From Candidatus Aminicenantes bacterium (GTDB lineage Bacteria > Acidobacteriota > Aminicenantia > Aminicenantales > Aminicenantaceae): a DNA stretch of 64,000 bases. Shown one piece after another: positions 19,026 to 25,792 of the stretch (within the stretch, counting starts at the first letter, position 1; each line of letters opens with the position of its first letter). The stretch covers positions 1,829,244 through 1,893,243 of the forward strand of contig CP070750.1 in NCBI GenBank assembly GCA_020348385.1. The letters run 5' to 3'. The position numbers were made by a program, and so were the translations under genes. Under the pieces are notes generated by a model, which saw only the letters and a list, made by a program, of their open reading frames with translations, was not told where the DNA came from and searched no databases.

Positions 19026-19742
19026 ATGTCGTTTTTTCTGATAAAATCCATTCTAGCCCTGTTTTTGCTGGCTACTGCTGTCAGTGCAGTCATAAGCATG
19101 TTCACCATAATGGGTAAAGCAGAAAAAAAAGCCGATCCTAAAACATTGAGGAAGATTCACAAGATATCTGGTCGTATCTTCCTGCTCTTGCTTCTCCCCC
19201 TCATAATCCTGGGATTGAGGCATTGGGCCAATGTCGGCGACCAGGCCTCTCTCCGGGCTGTGTTCCACGCCGTGTTGGCTCTGGGACTCATCGTCATCTT
19301 CCTGCTCAAGGTGTCCATCGTCAAGTTTTACAAACAATTCCTTCGTTTCGCTCCTGTCCTAGGCATGTTGGTTTTTAGTTTTGCCTTTGTCGTGTTCAGC
19401 ATTTCGGCAGGATATTACGCTGTGAGAACATTGAGCGCTTCGCCGCCCCAACCTGAGGAGCGCCAAATGGATTCTCCTGAAATCGTCGGAAATGCAGACC
19501 AAGGGGCCTCTTTTTACAACACCAATTGTCTCTCCTGCCACCATGCAGATTCAGAAGAAAAAAAACTCGGACCCGGACTCAAAGGCCTCTTCAAAAACGA
19601 AAAATTACCGCACACTGGGCGTCCAGCAACCGTTGAAAACGTCAAGCAACAGCTCATCCGGCCAGCACTGGTTATGCCTTCTTTTACTAAATTAACCGAG
19701 CAGGAAATAGCAGACCTCATCGCTTATCTCAAAATCCTGTAG
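19026..19742 (+). CDS. 4-TM membrane protein with C-terminal mono-haem c-type cytochrome domain
   Basis: It has four hydrophobic helices with conserved His (KIHKISGR, LRHW, FHAV). These are followed by a CLSCHH haem-binding CXXCH motif and a distal Met (LVMPSF). TAGGAGG SD. Confidence 0.7.
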   Translation: MSFFLIKSILALFLLATAVSAVISMFTIMGKAEKKADPKTLRKIHKISGRIFLLLLLPLIILGLRHWANVGDQASLRAVFHAVLALGLIVIFLLKVSIVKFYKQFLRFAPVLGMLVFSFAFVVFSISAGYYAVRTLSASPPQPEERQMDSPEIVGNADQGASFYNTNCLSCHHADSEEKKLGPGLKGLFKNEKLPHTGRPATVENVKQQLIRPALVMPSFTKLTEQEIADLIAYLKIL

Positions 19743-19772
19743 AGCAAATCCCTACTAATTTTATAGAATAAA

Positions 19773-19801
19773 TTGACAGAATGTTCGATTTTACCTAGAA
19801 T
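19773..19801 (+). promoter_or_regulatory. sigma70-type promoter TTGACA-N17-TAGAAT
   Basis: TTGACA at 19773-19778 and TAGAAT at 19796-19801, 25 nt upstream of ATG 19827. The 19773 start in the ORF track is the TTG of the -35 box. Confidence 0.45.
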
Positions 19802-19826
19802 AAGCAAAAATACAGCAGGAAAAAAA

Positions 19827-20249
19827 ATGAAAAAATATTGGCGATGTCATGTTTGCAGCGATGTTCATTACGGCGTTAATCCGCCTGAGTTATGCCCGAC
19901 CTGCAAGGTCTTGAACGCCTTCGTGGAAATTTCTTCGGCGGAAGCGGAAAAAATCTGTGGCATCGCCGAAACCACGATGGACGAGGTCGAATTCTGCGAT
20001 GCCATCGAAAGATTTACCGTAGGGAACAAATTCCAAATCAATCCCGATAAAAATAGGGTAAAAACGCTTTTGGAAGGGATTTTCCAAAACGAAAAAAACT
20101 ACGGGATGAAATACTGCCCATGCCGCTTGACTACGAAAAAGTTCGAAGAAGATCTGAAGCTCGTGTGCCCTTGCAATTTCCGGATTCACGACACCTACAA
20201 AGACAAAGAGGATGGTGAGTGCTGGTGCGGACTTTTTATCAGGAGATAA
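19827..20249 (+). CDS. ferredoxin:thioredoxin reductase catalytic-subunit-like protein with N-terminal rubredoxin-type ribbon
   Basis: The N-terminus has CHVC-x12-CPTC. The C-terminus has INPDKNRVKTLLEGI..YGMKYCPCR..LVCPC..ECWCGLF, which matches the FTR CPC/CPC/CxC cluster and disulfide motifs. AGGA SD lies upstream of ATG 19827. Confidence 0.75.
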   Translation: MKKYWRCHVCSDVHYGVNPPELCPTCKVLNAFVEISSAEAEKICGIAETTMDEVEFCDAIERFTVGNKFQINPDKNRVKTLLEGIFQNEKNYGMKYCPCRLTTKKFEEDLKLVCPCNFRIHDTYKDKEDGECWCGLFIRR

Positions 20250-20253
20250 TCAC

Positions 20254-20532
20254 ATGAATAATTTACTAATGTTTCACGGACGGGAATGCCCCCATTGCAT
20301 CGTCATGATGCCGATTGTTGACAGGCTTGAAAATGAAACAGGCATAAAAATCGAAAGGCTCGAAGTCTGGCATAACGAGAAGAATGCGGATTTGATGAGA
20401 TCTTATAGAGAAATTATCGAACCGAAATGTGGTGGCCAACTGCGAACTCCTACTTTCATGAATACGGAAACGAACGATATTCTTTGTGGAGAAGTCAAAT
20501 ACGAAGAGTTGAAAGATTGGGCCAGTGAATAG
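20254..20532 (+). CDS. small thioredoxin/glutaredoxin-fold protein, CPHC active site
   Basis: 92 aa. FHGRECPHC is followed by the cis-Pro region (LRTPTF). AGGAGA SD. It starts 4 nt after the FTR-like gene. Confidence 0.75.
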   Translation: MNNLLMFHGRECPHCIVMMPIVDRLENETGIKIERLEVWHNEKNADLMRSYREIIEPKCGGQLRTPTFMNTETNDILCGEVKYEELKDWASE

Positions 20533-20533
20533 G

Positions 20534-21928
20534 TTATAGATTCGGCTCTGTCATCTTTTTCGCGTCCAAAATTTTTTGGATTTCTTCCTCTGTCAGCAAA
20601 CCCATTTCTAAGACTATTTCGATAAGCGATTTTCCTTTGGCAAGGGACTGCTTAGCAACCTCTGCGGCTTGAGCATATCCAATGAAGGGAGAAAGAGCGG
20701 TTGCCAGCCCCAGGGTATTATTGGCGTAATACCGGCATCTCTCCACATTCGGTTCGATACCTTTTATGCATCGCGCATTCGCCTGCTTCATTCCATTTGT
20801 CAGGATTTCGATCATAAAGCACAGGTTGAATGCTATCACCGGCATCATCACGTTTAGCTCAAGTTGACCGGCCTGAGCCGCGCCAGTTACTGCAAGATCA
20901 CACCCAATAACCTGGTAACACACCATGTTCATCATCTCGAGCATGGAAGGATTGACCTTTCCCGGCATTATGGATGAACCAGGCGCAACCGCTGGTAGCA
21001 TAATCTCTGCCAATCCTGTTTTTGGTCCAGAGGAGAGCAGGCGAAGATCATTGGCGATGCGATTCATCTCCAGGGCCAGGTTGCGGAGCGCTGCGCTAAC
21101 CTCAGCCATTGGCCGCATGCTCTGCATGGCTTCCCTCAAGTCTTGGGATCCTTTCAACTTAAGCCCTGTCAATTGGCTTAGATTGCTAATCATGTGTTCT
21201 GCAAATCCAGTAGGGGTATTGAGTCCTGTTCCAACGGCTGAACCCCCTATACCTATTTCAAGAAGGGACCGGGCAGCGTGTTCAAGAAAATGTCGACATC
21301 CGGCCATGGTTTTGGAATAGGCTAGGAATTCCTGCCCCAACCGGACTGGAGCTGCATCCTGGAGATGAGTCCTCCCGGATTTCAAAACTCTGTCGAATTC
21401 ATTGGCTTTTAACTGGAAAGTCTTCTCTACATCTTTCAGTACGCCAATCAGGTCTTCAAGTAGAAAAAGAGCAGAAATTTTCATTGCCGTCGGGAAAACA
21501 TCATTTGTGCTCTGTCCCATATTCACATCATCATTCGGGTGGATTGATCGATATTGGCCTCGCTTTCCTCCTAAGATTTCCTCTGCGATGTTAGCCAACA
21601 CCTCATTGCAATTCATGTGGAAGGATGTTCCCGCTCCCATTTGAAACACATCCACCACAAACTGTTCCTGATATCTTCCGTCCAAGATTTCATCGCAAGC
21701 TTTGCCAATAGCATTTGATTTTCTTTTTTCCAATCTACCAAGAGCGTGATTAGACAGGGCAGCTGCTTTTTTTATTAAAACCACAGCTCGCACCATTTCA
21801 GGATGGCTATGGAGACCGCTGATCGGAAAATTGGCCAAGGCTCTGGCCGTCTGGGCACCGTAAAAGGCGATTGCAGGAACATTGACTATCCCCATTGTAT
21901 CTTTTTCCATTCTTTTTGTTTTTGCCAA
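20534..21928 (-). CDS. aspA: aspartate ammonia-lyase (class II fumarase/aspartase family)
   Basis: It has the GSSIMPGKVNP signature. GAGTS (aspartase-like) replaces the fumarase GSGTQ. The track start is TTG; an alternative ATG lies at 21910. Confidence 0.8.
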   Translation of the reverse strand: MAKTKRMEKDTMGIVNVPAIAFYGAQTARALANFPISGLHSHPEMVRAVVLIKKAAALSNHALGRLEKRKSNAIGKACDEILDGRYQEQFVVDVFQMGAGTSFHMNCNEVLANIAEEILGGKRGQYRSIHPNDDVNMGQSTNDVFPTAMKISALFLLEDLIGVLKDVEKTFQLKANEFDRVLKSGRTHLQDAAPVRLGQEFLAYSKTMAGCRHFLEHAARSLLEIGIGGSAVGTGLNTPTGFAEHMISNLSQLTGLKLKGSQDLREAMQSMRPMAEVSAALRNLALEMNRIANDLRLLSSGPKTGLAEIMLPAVAPGSSIMPGKVNPSMLEMMNMVCYQVIGCDLAVTGAAQAGQLELNVMMPVIAFNLCFMIEILTNGMKQANARCIKGIEPNVERCRYYANNTLGLATALSPFIGYAQAAEVAKQSLAKGKSLIEIVLEMGLLTEEEIQKILDAKKMTEPNL

Positions 21929-21979
21929 GGTGTAACTCCTCTACAGAATTAGATCCAAAGATCCAATCAAGGAAACGAT

Positions 21980-22156
21980 TTAGGACTTTTTGCGCTTGTG
22001 ACCTTCTTTTTTCCCAGACTGGGACATCTTTTTCTCGAGGGCATCCAACGATTTTATCATCTTTCGCAGCATGTCATTTTCCTTTTCGATTAGCTCGCGG
22101 AGCAAGTTCAATTCCTTGTCCAGGTCTTTCGAGGGCCTTTTTTTTTGCTGACGCAT
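21980..22156 (-). CDS. possible 58-aa basic coiled-coil protein (below the ORF-track length cutoff)
   Basis: ATG..TAA frame MRQQKKRPSKDLDKELNLLRELIEKENDMLRKMIKSLDALEKKMSQSGKKEGHKRKKS fills the panD-aspA gap on the same strand. No clear SD. Confidence 0.3.
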   Translation of the reverse strand: MRQQKKRPSKDLDKELNLLRELIEKENDMLRKMIKSLDALEKKMSQSGKKEGHKRKKS

Positions 22157-22168
22157 GCCGAATTTATT

Positions 22169-22519
22169 TTATTTTTTTATTTTATTATTCTTATCCACCA
22201 GGACAACTTTCGGACAAAAAAAACTGCTCTCCTCATCATCCATAAGGGTATATGCGGCAATAATCAACACATCCCCCGAAGAGGCCTTATGAACTGCTGC
22301 TCCATTCACCCCTATCATGCCGGAATCCTTTTCGCCTTTGATAATGTGCGTGACGAATCTTTCTCCGTTAGTGATATTATACACATGAACCTGCTCGAAT
22401 GGAACCATGTCTGCCGCTTTCAACAAACTCTCGTCCACTATGAGACTTCCTTCATAATCGATGTCCATCTCAGTTACAACAGCTCGATGGATTTTTGACT
22501 TCAATATATTTCTTTTCAC
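22169..22519 (-). CDS. panD: aspartate 1-decarboxylase
   Basis: KSKIHRAVVTEMDIDYEGS with the Gly-Ser self-processing site. Length is 116 aa. Confidence 0.95.
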   Translation of the reverse strand: MKRNILKSKIHRAVVTEMDIDYEGSLIVDESLLKAADMVPFEQVHVYNITNGERFVTHIIKGEKDSGMIGVNGAAVHKASSGDVLIIAAYTLMDDEESSFFCPKVVLVDKNNKIKK

Positions 22520-22525
22520 GGTATC

Positions 22526-23401
22526 TCACTCCTTGCTCTGAACGATCATATTGTCGATCAACCTAACCTTGCCAAAATACACAGCAACCGCAATCAACGC
22601 TTCTTTTTTTATTTTATCCAAAGGTTCGAAATTACCCACATCGACAATTGCGATATAATCAAGATCAGCTAGAGTTTGCCTGCCGATCATGCGGGTCATC
22701 TCCTTTGTAATGACATAAGGATCCTTTTCACCCGCCTCTACCATGTTCTTTGCTTTCCTCAAGCAGTTAACCAAAATCGAGGCTGCCTTCCTTTGATCCT
22801 TTGTGAGATAGACATTCCGAGAACTCAGAGCCAATCCATCTTTTTCCCTAACAGTCGGAAGAACTTGGATTTCCACATCCAGGTTGAGATCGCCCACCAT
22901 TTTTTTGATGATCACAGACTGTTGGGCATCCTTCTGGCCAAAATAGGCAACATCCGGATTGATAATTTCGAAGAATTTTAGGACAACCGTACACACTCCC
23001 CTGAAATGCCCCGGACGGGATCGTCCCTCGAAGTTGTCCTGCAAATCTGTCACCTCCACGTAGGTTTTGAATCCCTCAGGATACATCTCCAGAGTATCGG
23101 GAATGAATACCAGATCTACACCTAGCTCCTCTAAAAAAGCCATATCTTTCTCCAGGTTCCGGGGGTATTCTTGAAGATCTTCTTTGGGACCGAATTGAGT
23201 GGGATTGACGAATATGCTCACGACCGTGTAACCTGTCCGCCGCAAGGATTCCCTCACAAGGCTTAAGTGCCCCTCATGAAGAAAACCCATTGTCGGAACA
23301 AAACCAATACTCTTCCCAGAGGATTTTTGTTTTTCGATGGCCGCTTTAACAGCGCTTATCTTCGCAATAACTTCCACGCTATTTTCTTTCTTTATTCTCA
23401 C
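22526..23401 (-). CDS. panC: pantoate--beta-alanine ligase
   Basis: It has the PTMGFLHEGHLSL HIGH-like motif and FGQKDAQQ. Confidence 0.95.
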   Translation of the reverse strand: MRIKKENSVEVIAKISAVKAAIEKQKSSGKSIGFVPTMGFLHEGHLSLVRESLRRTGYTVVSIFVNPTQFGPKEDLQEYPRNLEKDMAFLEELGVDLVFIPDTLEMYPEGFKTYVEVTDLQDNFEGRSRPGHFRGVCTVVLKFFEIINPDVAYFGQKDAQQSVIIKKMVGDLNLDVEIQVLPTVREKDGLALSSRNVYLTKDQRKAASILVNCLRKAKNMVEAGEKDPYVITKEMTRMIGRQTLADLDYIAIVDVGNFEPLDKIKKEALIAVAVYFGKVRLIDNMIVQSKE

Positions 23402-24251
23402 CTATTATTTGTTCCAGAACTTCTGTCTTTTTTAAGTGATAGGAGTGCTGGTCATCGGGAAATTTCCCGTTTTTCACATCTTCTACATATTCTGTCAACG
23501 CTTTATTCAGACCGCCATGGATATCCGCGTATCTTTTGACGAACTTGGGAAGATAGCCATTGGCATATCCGACTAGGTCATGAAACACCAGTATCTGACC
23601 ATCGCAGTAAGGACCGGCTCCGATGCCGATGCTCGGAACGTTTAAACTGTGGGTGACTTCTCGTGCCAGCTCCATCGGTATACATTCCAGAACGATGCTA
23701 AATACACCGGCCTTTTCCAAATCTTTGGCATTTTGGATGATTGTTTTGGCCTCTGCGATTTCTTTTCCTTTCACCTTGAACTGCCCGAGATGATAGATTG
23801 ATTGGGGTGTCAATCCCACATGGCCCATCACCGGAATTTCAGCCTCCACAAGCGTTTCGATGAGCTTCAGCCTTTTTTTTGAAGCCCCTTCAATTTTTAC
23901 GGCCTGTGTTCCTGCTTCTTTGAGAAAACGCGAGGCATTCCGGACTGTTTCGTCCACAGACATATGGAAGGAAAAGTAGGGCATATCTCCCACGATCAGA
24001 GGCCTTTGTGCTCCCCTCACCACAGCTTTGGTGTGATGGATCATTTCCTCCATCGTCACCGGGATCGTGTTTTCATAACCAAGAACAACCATCCCCAACG
24101 AATCTCCGACCAGGATAAGATCTATTCCTGCCTCATCGACTATTTTGGCTGTGGGAAAATCATAGGCTGTAAGGGCGACTATCTTTTCTCCCTGCTTCTT
24201 TTTTGCATGAAGATATGGAATCGTTATTTTCGGAATTTTTTTTTCGGCCAT
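23379..24251 (-). CDS. panB: 3-methyl-2-oxobutanoate hydroxymethyltransferase
   Basis: It has the motifs LTAYDFPTAKIVDEAGIDLILVGDSLGMV, VKIEG and GHVGLTPQS. Confidence 0.95.
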   Translation of the reverse strand: MAEKKIPKITIPYLHAKKKQGEKIVALTAYDFPTAKIVDEAGIDLILVGDSLGMVVLGYENTIPVTMEEMIHHTKAVVRGAQRPLIVGDMPYFSFHMSVDETVRNASRFLKEAGTQAVKIEGASKKRLKLIETLVEAEIPVMGHVGLTPQSIYHLGQFKVKGKEIAEAKTIIQNAKDLEKAGVFSIVLECIPMELAREVTHSLNVPSIGIGAGPYCDGQILVFHDLVGYANGYLPKFVKRYADIHGGLNKALTEYVEDVKNGKFPDDQHSYHLKKTEVLEQIIGENKERK

Positions 24252-24312
24252 TTTTAATCCTTTCTCCCCATCTCGCCTTTAAGTCATCGAGATTGAGGTA
24301 AAGTCTAATTCT

Positions 24313-24534
24313 TGAGTTATTCATAAAAACTGCCGATGCTACCTTTACTTCTCAAGAAAAACAACTCTTCAAATTCTTTCATTGTATAGATCGCCAGTTT
24401 TTACCCTTCAGGCGAGCCAAAATTGCTGGGCGGGGAAGATCGGCAGCTTCGTTGCAGCCCATTTGGGATAGCTTTCTACAGCTTCATGGGCCGCTGCCTT
24501 GCTGTTCCAGCAATCTTGGCTCGTGAATAATCCA
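24313..24534. repeat. about 222-nt intergenic element, copy 1 (paralog of 42654-42866), bracketed by TGAGTTATTCA / TGAATAATCCA
   Basis: It shares an ungapped 84-nt core with copy 2 (hand count 64/84 identical). It has a terminal inverted repeat and an inner 8-bp stem (24330-24337 with 24439-24446). It could be a MITE-like repeat or a structured RNA. Confidence 0.8.
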
Positions 24535-24550
24535 ATTAATATTCTCTTTT

Positions 24551-25207
24551 TTATTTATTGCTTTTACTAAGAGGCACATAGAACAACGGGCTTTTTTTCA
24601 TCTGCTTGATCTTATTGATCAGATCGAATATTTCCTCTTCCCTATCGAAATCCAACTCGTCGGCCCTCACCACAAGCAAGGGTGCGACCTGGTAATTGAA
24701 GAAAAAATAGTCAAAGGCTCCGATAACATCCTCCAAATATTTCTCAGCAATATTTTTTTCCAACTCTGAACCTTCTTTGTTTATTCTCCTGAGTAAAGTC
24801 GGGAGGGAGATCTGAAGATATATGACTAAATCCGGTTTGGCCACTCTCTCGGTCAAGATGCTATAGATCCTATCATAAACAACGAGTTCATCATCCGTTA
24901 GAGTTTGATAAGCATAAATCTTGTCTTTCTCGAACATATAGTCACAGATCACCCGTTCTTCGAAAAGGTCTCTCTGGAGAAGCCTTGACTGCTGGTGGTA
25001 TCTGTTCACCAGAAATACCAGTTGGGCAAGGAACGCAGCCCCCTCCAGTTCATCATAAAAATCCTTTATATACGGATTTTCCAAACGGTCGAAAATCACT
25101 TTCCCACCTATTTTCTGCGCCAGGATGTTTGCCAAGCGGGTTTTGCCGGACTTCATAATTCCTTCAATAGCGATGTGCCTGAAGGGAATATCCTGTTTGG
25201 TTATCAT
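24551..25207 (-). CDS. deoxynucleoside kinase family protein
   Basis: It has the P-loop IAIEGIMKSGKT and an ERS-like region. Size and layout fit dCK/dGK-type kinases. Confidence 0.8.
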   Translation of the reverse strand: MITKQDIPFRHIAIEGIMKSGKTRLANILAQKIGGKVIFDRLENPYIKDFYDELEGAAFLAQLVFLVNRYHQQSRLLQRDLFEERVICDYMFEKDKIYAYQTLTDDELVVYDRIYSILTERVAKPDLVIYLQISLPTLLRRINKEGSELEKNIAEKYLEDVIGAFDYFFFNYQVAPLLVVRADELDFDREEEIFDLINKIKQMKKSPLFYVPLSKSNK

Positions 25208-25318
25208 GGTTTTCGACTGTACCTGTCCACCCGTTTATCAAAAGGTCTTCGGAACAGCATAAAAATAGCGGATAATCAAGGAGAAGTCAAACAATTAATA
25301 GGGGACACCCCCATAGGT

Positions 25319-25537
25319 TTACTTTTTCTTGGTCGGAGGAGGCGCTTTCTCACCAACAGGAATCACGATCCAGGCGACCACATAAAAAACCAACATCGGA
25401 AACATGACAGTTATCAAGCCAATAGCCACGAATATGAGGCGAACAAGAGTGTAGTCGATATTAAAATAATCTCCGAATCCAGCGCAAACGCCACCGATCA
25501 TTTTGTTATCTTCAGAGCGAGTTAGTTTTTTCGTCAT
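25319..25537 (-). CDS. PspC-domain membrane protein
   Basis: LTRSEDNKMIGGVCAGFGDYFNIDYTLVRLIFV is the PspC N-terminal domain, followed by one TM segment. I place the start at the internal ATG (MTKKL). Confidence 0.8.
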   Translation of the reverse strand: MTKKLTRSEDNKMIGGVCAGFGDYFNIDYTLVRLIFVAIGLITVMFPMLVFYVVAWIVIPVGEKAPPPTKKK

Positions 25538-25585
25538 TTTATCCTCTCTATATAGAACTACGAATTTGAATCGGGAAATGTTCAA

Positions 25586-25792
25586 TTATCTCAGGAACTT
25601 ATTTAACTCTTCCACCCCGTTTTGTGGATCAGAGATTCCCTCTTCTTCAAACAATTCGCCCAACGTACACCAGAGAGGCTCGCCGCACCGGATACATCGG
25701 ATCCCTTTTCTGGTCAGGAAACCAACTGCTTCAGGATACCTTTGGACAAGATCTTCGATCGGGATGTCCAGTGTGACTTTTGGATCGATCAA
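25586..25792 (-). CDS. DUF1858-like small redox-disulfide domain protein
   Basis: DLVQRYPEAVGFLTRKGIRCIRCGEPLWCTLGE is a DUF1858-type pattern. The track ORF (to 25876) overlaps the upstream ALDH gene by 88 nt. A TTG at 25792 overlaps the ALDH stop (TTGA). The start is uncertain. Confidence 0.55.
   Translation of the reverse strand: MIDPKVTLDIPIEDLVQRYPEAVGFLTRKGIRCIRCGEPLWCTLGELFEEEGISDPQNGVEELNKFLR

Noticed and set aside
19773-19826. Longer version of the FTR-like ORF starting at 19773. Similar long versions exist for feoA (11907), trx-like (20212), SSF (53083), GH172 (57321), GH88 (60221), P5CDH (28994), PspC (25585) and SRPBCC (44469).
   Set aside because: The upstream codons are TTG/GTG or SD-less ATGs that overlap promoters or neighbouring genes. 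An internal ATG/GTG preceded by AGGAGG-type SD fits the family N-termini better.
24390-24530. Both copies of the repeat element keep an open, same-length frame ending ..LRCSPF....YSF.G.CL.......RE* (also 42651-42860, there in frame with the purF-like stop codon). An in-frame 12-nt indel lies between the copies. This suggested a small protein gene or stop-codon read-through.
   Set aside because: Of the 20 substitutions in the 84-nt core, almost all hit codon positions 1-2 and only one is synonymous. Copy 1 has a TAG just upstream and neither ATG nor SD. Nested inverted repeats explain the conservation better. I treat it as non-coding, though dN/dS over more copies would settle it.
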